Origin: Candidatus Lloydbacteria bacterium
GTDB taxonomy: Bacteria > Patescibacteriota > Minisyncoccia > Phycocordibacterales > UBA6899
Length of the DNA stretch: 31,970 bases
Direction: 5' to 3'
Assembly (NCBI GenBank): GCA_043756785.1
Contig: JAYUQK010000046.1
Span: forward strand, 1 to 31,970
Below are positions 1 through 7,779 of this stretch, piece after piece. The notes under the pieces were generated by a model that saw only the letters and a program-made list of their open reading frames with translations, was not told the origin of the DNA and made no database searches. The number at the start of each line of letters is the position of its first letter. Position 1 is the first letter of the stretch. A program made the translations under genes and the position numbers.

Positions 1-1201
1 CTTGCACTAAGAGCTCGTTGGCGGTGTTGTCTCCAATATAGATAACCTCTTTGGGAAGCGTCACCATAAGACGCGCATCTTTCCCTTGTGCACCCTCGCC
101 ATAGGAGTACGTGACGAGATATTCGATAGGTGTGTGGGTAGATACGTTTTTGGGTCCCACTTTTTCAATCGTCACTTCAATCAAACTCTTTCCCGTCAGG
201 TTGTTCCAAAAAGTTCCGAGCGGGCTTGTCGCCGCGGCCACACCTGCTGTTTGGTTTTTCTGATCGACTCCATTTTTTACCGTACCTTCAGTGTTGCTTG
301 TGGTACTCGTGCTCTTTTTGCGAAAAAAAGATCCGAATGTGGGGAGACCTTGCGGCCCAAAGGGCGACGCAATGGTGTTGTTGCTACCCGCACCACTTTT
401 TCCACTCGTCGTGGTCGTGCGCACAACACCGTCTCCACTCCCAGCGTTCGGCACATACTGAGTGATGGGCTGCTCACTCGCTATTGGTGCGGGGGCTACT
501 CCTGTGGTGGTGAAGACTCTCGTCGCACCATATGTCCGCCCACTCGCATTTTCAGCAACGATGCGATAAAAGTATGCCGTACCAGGAGTAAGATTGTTGA
601 GTGAGTCGCTGACCGAGCCTGCACTCCCCGACACATTCCTTCCGGACGTCTGTGACTCCAGCCGCATTGTAGTACCCCACTCAAACCACGCAGTCGTTCG
701 TGCGTCTCCGTGTGGGCTCACATATCCACGCATCTCCACAGAGTTCATGGTCAGTGCAGCGGGAGCATTTGTTTCCACAATAACGAGAGGTATGACAGTA
801 GGAGCACGCTTTTTTGTACTAAAATATACCGTTTGTCCTATATTTTTTCCTCGGCTACTTTCAATAACGTAGCGGTAAAAGTACTGCGTATCTGGAGCAA
901 GCCCGATAATACTCGTGTAGGTACTGACAAGCGTGTTGCGCGAGTAGACAGACTGGTGTGCGGTCTCGTAGATAATATCTCCACGGCCAGAAATCCCCCA
1001 CTCAAACCAACCCACTGCATCTTGGACTTCACTGGGGTTCCCTTCTGCGTTGAGATTTGCGCTTTTTTCAGTAATGAATGTCGCCGCTTTCGTGATGGCT
1101 ATTGGCGCCGCTTCATACGCAAAAAGGATGCTTGGAAGGAGTGCACCGCAAAGAGCGGTACAGATAAGAAAAACGACACTTTTTTGTCTCATTTTTTGCA
1201 T
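1..1201 (-). CDS. Secreted/surface protein with two fibronectin type III-like repeats, an S/T/G-rich linker and the start of a DUF11-like domain (3'-truncated by the window edge)
   Basis: Not in the ORF track because it runs off the left edge. My translation is open from ATG 1201: MQKMRQKSVVFLICTALCGALLPSILFA|YEAAP (signal peptide). Two repeats follow, 'VGWFEWG...GLAPDTQYFYRY...G..VYFST' and 'AWFEWG...NLTPGTAYFYRIVAEN..G.TYG...FTT', then 'IEKVGPKNVSTHTPIEYLVTYSY...VTLPKEVIYIG'. The promoter TTGACA-17-TACAAT lies 6 nt upstream. Confidence 0.8.
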   Translation of the reverse strand, partial: MQKMRQKSVVFLICTALCGALLPSILFAYEAAPIAITKAATFITEKSANLNAEGNPSEVQDAVGWFEWGISGRGDIIYETAHQSVYSRNTLVSTYTSIIGLAPDTQYFYRYVIESSRGKNIGQTVYFSTKKRAPTVIPLVIVETNAPAALTMNSVEMRGYVSPHGDARTTAWFEWGTTMRLESQTSGRNVSGSAGSVSDSLNNLTPGTAYFYRIVAENASGRTYGATRVFTTTGVAPAPIASEQPITQYVPNAGSGDGVVRTTTTSGKSGAGSNNTIASPFGPQGLPTFGSFFRKKSTSTTSNTEGTVKNGVDQKNQTAGVAAATSPLGTFWNNLTGKSLIEVTIEKVGPKNVSTHTPIEYLVTYSYGEGAQGKDARLMVTLPKEVIYIGDNTANELLVQ

Positions 1202-1207
1202 ATATCC

Positions 1208-1236
1208 ATTGTACACTATTTAGTAGTATTTGTCAA
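1208..1236 (-). promoter_or_regulatory. Sigma70-type promoter TTGACA-N17-TACAAT, leaderless start at ATG 1201
   Basis: The minus strand reads ttgaca-aatactactaaatagtg-tacaat-ggatat-ATG. Confidence 0.7.
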
Positions 1237-1288
1237 CAAAAGAAATACCCTATTGTTGAGCCAGCGTTTAAGGGGTACAATATCCCTT

Positions 1289-2968
1289 ATGGTCCACTTT
1301 AAAGACGCGGAGCAGAAAAAGATTTTTGACGACATGCACGAGAAGGAGGCTGAAGTGCTAGCCAAAATTCTCTCGGAGCGCTATGAAATCCCCTATGTCG
1401 ACCTATCCCGCATCATACTCAACGTCAACGCAGTAAAACTCGTCACTGAAGATATCGCCCGCAAAGTAAAAGTTGTTGTTTTTTCTATCGACAAGTACCG
1501 CGTAGGGGTGGCAGCGCAAACCCCAAAAGACCCTGAGGTGGCGCTCGTGCTTGAAGACCTTGTTCACCAAGGGTACACTCCGACACTCCACATTGCCTCT
1601 GAATTTGGGATCGCACATGCATGGGAAGGCTACAAAGAAGTATCTTACGCAAAAGCATCAACCGCTGGGGTCATGTCGGTTTCCGACGAAACGATGCAAC
1701 GCTATGTGTCCATCATTAAAACGATTGGGGACGTAAAGGCAGTGGTCGAAGAGTCGGTCGCCTCAGGAGACACACACGCACTCTCCACTGTGGTCGAGAT
1801 CATTCTCGGCGGAGCGATCGCAACGGGGGTGTCCGACGTGCACATAGAGCCAGAAAAAGAAATAGTACGCGTACGCTTTCGTCTCGACGGTATCCTTCAA
1901 GATGTAGTGGAGATAACTCCAGTAAATTACAAAAAAGTGCTTTCGCGAATCAAGCTCCTTGCTGGGGTGAAGCTCAACCTGACTCACGAGGCGCAAGACG
2001 GTCGTTTTACGATAAAAATAAATGACCTCGACGTGGAGGTTCGCACATCCATCATCCCCGCTGCATATGCGGAGTCCGTCGTGATGCGTATCTTGAACCC
2101 TCGCTCGATTTCCGTACCCCTCGAAGAGCTCGGCATGGACGAATATTTCTATAAAATAATGACCGAGCAAATAGGGAAACCAAATGGCCTGATTCTCACG
2201 ACGGGACCCACAGGCTCAGGAAAAACGACCACGCTCTATGCTTGTCTGAAAAAACTGCGCAGCCCACAAATTAAAATCATTACCATTGAAGACCCCATTG
2301 AGTATCACCTCGAAGGAATCTCCCAAACACAGATCGACCACAGTAAAGGCTACGATTTCAGCCATGGGCTTCGTGCTGCAGTGCGCCAAGACCCTGACGT
2401 CATCATGGTGGGAGAAATTCGTGACGAGGAGACCGCCTCCGTGGCTATCGACTCTGCGCTCACTGGCCATCTCGTCTTCTCCACACTCCACACAAACAAC
2501 GCTGCGGGCGCAATACCTCGCCTTATAGACATTGGTGTAAATCCAAAAATCATTAGCTCCGCACTCAACATCGCCATCGGGCAACGCCTCGTCCGCAGGC
2601 TCTGCATACACTGCAAAAAAGAGTATATTCCTGAAGGAAAAGAGCGCGAAGCCCTCCTCCGTGAATTTCCGGAGATTAAAAAATATCGCCCTGAGGTCGA
2701 ACTTCCCGAAAAAATCTGGAGGCCTGTTGGTTGTGAAAAATGTTCTCTTACTGGCTACAAAGGTCGCGTCTCCATCTACGAAGGCATACTCATGGACCGC
2801 GCCATCGAAGCCATACTCCGTGAAAACCCCAGCGAGCGTGAGATAAAAGAAGCCGCAAAGCCACAAGGTATTCTCAATATGCGCCAAGATGGCTTTGTGA
2901 AGTGCATCAAGGGGATGACTTCTCTTGACGAGGTGGGCCGCGCTGTCGGCCTCGACGAAGGAAGATAA
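1289..2968 (+). CDS. pilB: Type IV pilus assembly/GspE-PulE family ATPase (PilB-like), 559 aa
   Basis: Walker A GPTGSGKT, Asp box TIEDPIE, Walker B VIMVGEIRD, His box HLVFSTLH and tetra-Cys Zn motif CIHC...CEKC. The true start is ATG 1289 (MVHFKDAEQ), with TACAAT 7 nt upstream. The track's 710 start overlaps the opposite-strand gene. Confidence 0.9.
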   Translation: MVHFKDAEQKKIFDDMHEKEAEVLAKILSERYEIPYVDLSRIILNVNAVKLVTEDIARKVKVVVFSIDKYRVGVAAQTPKDPEVALVLEDLVHQGYTPTLHIASEFGIAHAWEGYKEVSYAKASTAGVMSVSDETMQRYVSIIKTIGDVKAVVEESVASGDTHALSTVVEIILGGAIATGVSDVHIEPEKEIVRVRFRLDGILQDVVEITPVNYKKVLSRIKLLAGVKLNLTHEAQDGRFTIKINDLDVEVRTSIIPAAYAESVVMRILNPRSISVPLEELGMDEYFYKIMTEQIGKPNGLILTTGPTGSGKTTTLYACLKKLRSPQIKIITIEDPIEYHLEGISQTQIDHSKGYDFSHGLRAAVRQDPDVIMVGEIRDEETASVAIDSALTGHLVFSTLHTNNAAGAIPRLIDIGVNPKIISSALNIAIGQRLVRRLCIHCKKEYIPEGKEREALLREFPEIKKYRPEVELPEKIWRPVGCEKCSLTGYKGRVSIYEGILMDRAIEAILRENPSEREIKEAAKPQGILNMRQDGFVKCIKGMTSLDEVGRAVGLDEGR

Positions 2969-2975
2969 CGAGTAC

Positions 2976-3079
2976 TTTTGGCGAATTTCTTCGTTGACTT
3001 CGGCTTGTGATTCGGATGACATACTCAACGTATGCCATCTCGAACACACAAACCTTCTCGCCTCGAACTTCATCCAAAA
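2976..3079. repeat. Long imperfect palindrome (REP/MITE-like or structured RNA)
   Basis: Nested pairings ttttgg/ccaaaa, ttcg/cgaa, ttgtg/cacaa, ttcg-gatg/catc-t-cgaa and catac/gtatg around the loop tcaac (3025-3029). Confidence 0.5.
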
Positions 3080-3104
3080 TTATCATTATCTTAGAGTCAT
3101 AAAA

Positions 3105-3135
3105 ACAGAAAACCCGCCATTGGCGGGTTTTCTGT
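3105..3135. terminator. Intrinsic (potentially bidirectional) terminator downstream of pilB
   Basis: Perfect 15-bp inverted repeat acagaaaacccgcca-t-tggcgggttttctgt with A- and T-tracts. Confidence 0.85.
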
Positions 3136-3577
3136 CATCTCATTATCTTGCCAGTTTGAAAAAGAGAAGGGGTGGGAGACGTCGTCTTCCTCTTATCCTT
3201 ACCCGCTCTTTTTCAAATCTACAAAATATTTTTAAACACACAACCTTTCAAATAACTACTTTAATCAAAGTTGAAAAAAGTTAAATGCATTCCTTAGGTG
3301 TCCGCCAGCACGCACGCACGGGGCGGCAACCAGTGGGTCCTAGGAGAAACATCATGGAAGCCTGTGGGGCCTTAATTATTTGAAAGGTTCTATGTTCAAA
3401 GTGGTATTGAAAATATAATCTCTATGCTGTCAACAAAACATAACGCGTGCCTTAAAACTCATTCCTTTTGGGAATGAGACATATTGTGGCATACTGAGAA
3501 AGAAATTGAGGACTGCAGCCTTCGCTGTGACTTCTACTTCTTGATTACTGTAGAGACTCTATCACAATCCAAATTTT

Positions 3578-4600
3578 ATGTCAAGTAATTCCCCTCATTC
3601 CCCAATCGACCATAAAGAAGCGCTATTTTTGGACCAAAAACTCCGCCCTGAGGTGTGGGCAGACTACGTCGGGCAAACACATATAAAGCAGAATCTTGAG
3701 ATACTCCTCGCTGCCGCAAAAGAGCGCGCGCACCCACCTGAACACCTTCTGTTTTACGGCCCACCAGGGCTCGGAAAGACGACACTCGCACACCTCATCG
3801 CCAAAGAAACAGGCACGCAGATGAAAATCACCTCGGGGCCCGCAATAGAGAAGGTGGGCGACTTGGCGTCGATACTCACCAATCTCAACGCGGGGGACAT
3901 TCTTTTTATCGACGAGATACATCGCCTCAACAAAATGGTCGAGGAGGTGCTCTACCCCGCCATGGAGTCGGGAGTGCTCGACATCATCATCGGCAAAGGT
4001 CCTTCTGCACGCACCATCCAGCTTGAGCTCCCACCATTCACCATGATTGCCGCCACCACACGCATCGCACTACTCTCTGCCCCTTTGCGCTCACGTTTTT
4101 CGGGCGGAGTCTTCCGTCTTGAATTTTATACCGAAGCGGAGATAGAGGAAATAGTTACCCGCTCCGCAAATATCCTAGGGGTGCCCTTGGAGAGTGGTGC
4201 GGGGCGGGAGATTGCCATGCGCAGCCGCTTCACCCCACGCACGGCAAACTACTTTTTGAAACGCGCACGTGACTTTGCGCAAGTGCACAAAACGGCGCTT
4301 GATGAGACCGCGGTTAAAGAAGCACTGCGGCTACTTGAAATAGACGAGATAGGACTCGGACAGCCAGACCGACACATGCTCACTATTCTTATTGAAAAAT
4401 TTGGCGGTCGACCTGTCGGCTTGGGCACCATAGCTGCCGCCACAAGCGAAGAAGCCGCTACAATCGAAGAAGTATACGAGCCTTACCTCCTGAAGCTTGG
4501 CCTCCTCGAACGCACCCCGCGCGGCCGCACTCCTACGAAGAAGGCGTATGAGCATCTTGGCTTTGACTTTCCCCAGGAGCTACAAGAAAAATTATTGTAA
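3578..4600 (+). CDS. ruvB: Holliday junction branch migration helicase RuvB
   Basis: LRP..W.DYVGQ, Walker A GPPGLGKT, Walker B FIDEIHRL, LRSRF, TPR and C-terminal EPYL...RTPRGR. Confidence 0.97.
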   Translation: MSSNSPHSPIDHKEALFLDQKLRPEVWADYVGQTHIKQNLEILLAAAKERAHPPEHLLFYGPPGLGKTTLAHLIAKETGTQMKITSGPAIEKVGDLASILTNLNAGDILFIDEIHRLNKMVEEVLYPAMESGVLDIIIGKGPSARTIQLELPPFTMIAATTRIALLSAPLRSRFSGGVFRLEFYTEAEIEEIVTRSANILGVPLESGAGREIAMRSRFTPRTANYFLKRARDFAQVHKTALDETAVKEALRLLEIDEIGLGQPDRHMLTILIEKFGGRPVGLGTIAAATSEEAATIEEVYEPYLLKLGLLERTPRGRTPTKKAYEHLGFDFPQELQEKLL

Positions 4601-4610
4601 TACAAAAACC

Positions 4611-5144
4611 ATGTCCGGACATTCAAAGTGGGCGCAAATAAAGAGACAAAAGGGAGCGGAGGACGCGAAGAAGTCCAAAGTGTTCGGCAAGCTGGGTAGC
4701 CTCATCGCGACAGAGTCAAAAAAAGCTGGTGGCGACATTAATGCACCAGGACTACGCACAATGATTGAAAAGGCGAAGAAAGAAAACATGCCCAAAGACA
4801 CCATCGAGCGGGCTATAAAAAAGGGTGCGGGGGGTGAAGCGGAGATAATGGAGTCGCTCACATACGAGGCCTATGGCCCTGGGGGCTCTGCCCTCATCAT
4901 CGAGGCATTCACGAGTAACCGCAATAAAGCCGCGCAAGAGATAAAACATTTGCTCACCCGTAGCGGCGGCTCACTTGCCGCCCAAGGTGCCGCAGCATGG
5001 GCGTTTACAAAAAATGAGGAAGGTGTTTGGGAGCCCAACAGCACCATTCCACTTTCTGACTCAGACGGCGCAATGCTCGCAACCATCATCGAAGACCTCG
5101 AAGCAAATAGCGAGGTGCAAGACGTCTACACCAACGCCGACTAA
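4611..5144 (+). CDS. yebC: YebC/PmpR family protein, short (177 aa)
   Basis: Starts MSGHSKWAQIKRQKG and contains NMPKDTIERAI, YEAYGPGG and the C-terminal LE...VQDVYTN. The real start is 4611, not 4497. Confidence 0.93.
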   Translation: MSGHSKWAQIKRQKGAEDAKKSKVFGKLGSLIATESKKAGGDINAPGLRTMIEKAKKENMPKDTIERAIKKGAGGEAEIMESLTYEAYGPGGSALIIEAFTSNRNKAAQEIKHLLTRSGGSLAAQGAAAWAFTKNEEGVWEPNSTIPLSDSDGAMLATIIEDLEANSEVQDVYTNAD

Positions 5145-5146
5145 TG

Positions 5147-5186
5147 AATTACGTTAATTACGCCGATAGCATCACTTAACGTAATT
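5147..5186. repeat. 11-bp perfect inverted repeat with 18-nt spacer immediately after the yebC stop
   Basis: aattacgttaa (5147-5157) / ttaacgtaatt (5176-5186). Confidence 0.6.
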
Positions 5187-5197
5187 TATAGGTACAT

Positions 5198-5219
5198 AAA
5201 AAAACCCCGCGCACGGGGT
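5198..5219 (-). terminator. Intrinsic terminator for the minus-strand small ORF
   Basis: Stem accccg-cgca-cggggt with an A-tract on its left, which is a U-tract on the minus strand, 12 nt past the stop at 5231. Confidence 0.6.
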
Positions 5220-5230
5220 GTGGTTTCTCG

Positions 5231-5365
5231 TTATGGGAAAATCGTTGGCACCCTTGTGTTGTGTGCGATCGAAAAAAACATCAGTAGCACCAGCGCAACG
5301 AAAATCACGTAGTGTGGGACGAGAGAATTCCAAACATTCTTCACAAAGACAATCAAGTTTTTCAT
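5231..5365 (-). CDS. Small single-pass membrane protein, 44 aa
   Basis: MKNLIVFVKNVWNSLVPHYVIFVALVLLMFFSIAHNTRVPTIFP. A strong SD (AAAGGAG) lies 6 nt upstream of ATG 5365, and it has its own terminator. Confidence 0.6.
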   Translation of the reverse strand: MKNLIVFVKNVWNSLVPHYVIFVALVLLMFFSIAHNTRVPTIFP

Positions 5366-5465
5366 AAACACTCCTTTTTTAAAAAACTCTCTGCCTATTA
5401 AAGTGTAAAACACGCGGAAAGTAAAGCGCCGCGCCACGTCCTTTTTCTCATGCTAACATAGTGAG

Positions 5466-5957
5466 ATGAAAATACTCGCTATCGATCCAGGGTTTGGGCG
5501 TTGTGGGGTTGCCATCCTCACCGGGAGTGGCTCCTCACCCACTCTCACCTACTCCACCTGCATAGAGACTGCACCAAACACAGCATTTACTGAGCGGCTC
5601 CTCTTTGTTGCAAGCGAAATAGCAACACTCCTTGATGCGCACACCCCAGACACTGTGGCGATCGAGGAGATCTATTTTACCAACAACGCAAAAACAGCAA
5701 TACACGTCGCAGAGATTCGAGGCATGCTCATCTATCTTGCCTCCTCCCGAAATATTCCTATTGTTGAGTTCAATCCCCTCGCAGTGAAAGTCGCCATTAC
5801 GGGCTATGGTCGCGCCACAAAAGAGCAGGTCACAAAAATGGTGGAGAAGCTTGTACATATCAAAACCCCCCTCAAGTATGACGACGAATACGACGCTATT
5901 GCACTGGGTATTACTGCACTTGCCTCAGCGCGCTATGCAGGTGTCCACGGTAAGTAA
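5466..5957 (+). CDS. ruvC: Crossover junction endodeoxyribonuclease RuvC
   Basis: ILAIDPG, VAIEE, VKVAITGYGRATKEQV and DDEYDAIALG. Extended -10 TGcTAACAT lies 6 nt upstream. Confidence 0.96.
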   Translation: MKILAIDPGFGRCGVAILTGSGSSPTLTYSTCIETAPNTAFTERLLFVASEIATLLDAHTPDTVAIEEIYFTNNAKTAIHVAEIRGMLIYLASSRNIPIVEFNPLAVKVAITGYGRATKEQVTKMVEKLVHIKTPLKYDDEYDAIALGITALASARYAGVHGK

Positions 5958-6087
5958 CCCCATGCACCCAATCCACTTGCAGAAAAATGGTGATTTATGG
6001 TACAAAATGGAAAGTAGTCTTTCACTTCCTTTTTGTGAGGATGCGTTCGGATTACGAATAATATTAACGTAAAAATATAATTCCATC

Positions 6088-6261
6088 ATGAGTGATGATT
6101 TTCTTACAGGAGTTCCCGTAGACGATGTTTTGGGTGATGCGGTATTTGACCCAAACGCCGTTGACAGTGACGCTTTTCTCGATGACTCAAAAGATGTACT
6201 CGGGGTAGATGCCCCCGAGGACATACTCGAGGAGGATGACGATGGCCTTCTCGACGAATAA
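6088..6261 (+). CDS. Very acidic small protein, 57 aa (21 D/E, 1 K)
   Basis: Below the ORF-track cutoff. MSDDFLTGVPVDDVLGDAVFDPNAVDSDAFLDDSKDVLGVDAPEDILEEDDDGLLDE. TATAAT (6076-6081) lies 6 nt before the ATG and a terminator 8 nt after the stop. Confidence 0.7.
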   Translation: MSDDFLTGVPVDDVLGDAVFDPNAVDSDAFLDDSKDVLGVDAPEDILEEDDDGLLDE

Positions 6262-6268
6262 AGTATAA

Positions 6269-6295
6269 AAAAAATCACCCATAGGGTGATTTTTT
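6269..6295. terminator. Bidirectional intrinsic terminator between the acidic ORF and tyrS
   Basis: aaaaaatcaccc-ata-gggtgatttttt, a 12-bp inverted repeat between convergent stops. Confidence 0.8.
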
Positions 6296-7719
6296 CATTG
6301 AATATCGAAAGAAATGAAACGAAGTTTTCCAATTTTGAGCATGATGCGCTCGTCTATCACCATGAGTGGGTCGAGGAGTTTTTCTTCACCGTTCTTTTTT
6401 ATTGCACCATCAGCGAGCAGCCTTCGGAAGTCTGTTTTTGACTCAATTACTTTTTCCTGAAGCAGTGCGTCGACGAGTAGTGTTCCCTTTTTAACTCTTA
6501 CTGTTGGGATGTCGCTAGGAATTTCTTTCTTCTGAAATGTATGCACAAAATACTCCCGTGCAGCACTTCCCGCTCCGCTTCCGTGATACATTTCGACAAT
6601 CTGCAAAGCGAGATTCATTTTTGCATCTTTCGGATGCACCACACCCACCGCAAGATCTCTGGAAAGCAGTGCGACTTCCGCCATTGGCACATATGTACAG
6701 AGTTCAAAGTACTTTACAATGGCAGTATCCGGAATACTCATGATTTTCCCAAACATATCATTCGGTGCATCAGTGATGCCCACATAATTATCAAGTGATT
6801 TTGACATTTTCTCTTTTCCGTCGAGGCCGACAAGAAGCTCAAATGCGAGGACGGCTTGAGGTATCCTTTTGTTTATTTCCATTATTTTGCGGCCCATCAA
6901 CATGTTGAACGTCTGATCCGTCCCACCCACCTCGAGCGCACAGGAACCGTATATCTGCGCAAGGACATCGGAGTCTATCCCTTGAAATACGGGGTAGAGC
7001 ATCTCGTGCATAAATAAACTCTCATTGTCCTTTATTCTGTTTTGAAACATGTCACGCTCAACAAGCTGTGCATGTGTGACATGCTTCAGCCCCCAAAGCA
7101 AGCTGCGCATCGTGACGACTGAGACATTACCATTACCGATTTTTTTCTGCATGCGCGACTCTTCAAACGCAATTGTTTTTGCAAGAAATGTGTTGGGCGG
7201 GAAGTTGATGTGCACAGGAGCATCCATCCCCGGGGCGGCCACATCCATCCCAGCCTCGTAGTCATCAGGGAGGTTGAGGTCGGTAATGGTGGTAAACCAG
7301 TCGGAGTTGCGGATCCATGAAAAAACCGCAGGGTCGGTGCTGAGAATTTTTACTACTTGGTCGAGGTAGGTTTTCATATTCTCCTCAATTGCGGCTTGCT
7401 CCATCTCAGGGCGTGATTTGCTTTTTCCGGTGGGGTCTCCTATTTGTGCGGTGTAGTCTCCGATCAAAAAGATCACCTTGCATCCCAAATCCTGCATCTG
7501 GCGAAGCTTACGGAGTATGACTGCGTGCCCCAAATGCAGGTCAGGGCGGGTGGGGTCAACACCAAATTTGATGATTATTTCTTCTTTGCTTGTGCCATTT
7601 GCCTTCGCAATAAGTTTTTTGCGAAACATATCACTGGGGTCGACAAAAGTACCCACTCCGCGCGTGAGTATCTCTTCAATTTTTGTCTCTATTTGGCTTA
7701 GTTCTCCTATTTTTCCCAT
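6295..7719 (-). CDS. tyrS: Tyrosine--tRNA ligase with C-terminal S4 domain and an insertion of about 59 aa
   Basis: KFGVDPT..DLHLGH (HIGH), YPVFQG.D, GGTDQ.FN, KMSKS and a C-terminal S4-like domain. Extended -10 TGtTAGGAT lies 7 nt upstream. Confidence 0.97.
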   Translation of the reverse strand: MGKIGELSQIETKIEEILTRGVGTFVDPSDMFRKKLIAKANGTSKEEIIIKFGVDPTRPDLHLGHAVILRKLRQMQDLGCKVIFLIGDYTAQIGDPTGKSKSRPEMEQAAIEENMKTYLDQVVKILSTDPAVFSWIRNSDWFTTITDLNLPDDYEAGMDVAAPGMDAPVHINFPPNTFLAKTIAFEESRMQKKIGNGNVSVVTMRSLLWGLKHVTHAQLVERDMFQNRIKDNESLFMHEMLYPVFQGIDSDVLAQIYGSCALEVGGTDQTFNMLMGRKIMEINKRIPQAVLAFELLVGLDGKEKMSKSLDNYVGITDAPNDMFGKIMSIPDTAIVKYFELCTYVPMAEVALLSRDLAVGVVHPKDAKMNLALQIVEMYHGSGAGSAAREYFVHTFQKKEIPSDIPTVRVKKGTLLVDALLQEKVIESKTDFRRLLADGAIKKNGEEKLLDPLMVIDERIMLKIGKLRFISFDIQ

Positions 7720-7779
7720 AAGACAAATCCTAACATAGCCCGAATATTTTGTCTTATGTGTGATAAACTTTAAAGAATC

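Noticed and set aside
86-872. Plus-strand ORFs 86-604, 226-465 and 594-872
   Set aside because: They are antisense shadows of the FN3/DUF11 gene and have no recognisable motifs.
710-1288. 193-codon N-terminal extension of pilB in the ORF track
   Set aside because: It overlaps the real minus-strand FN3 gene and its promoter. ATG 1289 has its own -10 and gives a typical PilB length.
2216-3073. 285-aa minus-strand ORF
   Set aside because: Antisense shadow of pilB with no motifs, promoter or SD.
2969-3577. tRNA, tmRNA, SRP RNA, RNase P RNA or a known riboswitch in the long spacer
   Set aside because: No TTCGA T-loop/CCA cloverleaf, no SRP GGAA/AGCAG loop and no recognisable riboswitch consensus. 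The hairpins are reported as findings instead.
3578-5957. Absence of ruvA from the ruv cluster as a sign of loss
   Set aside because: ruvA is often encoded elsewhere and cannot be judged from a 32-kb window.
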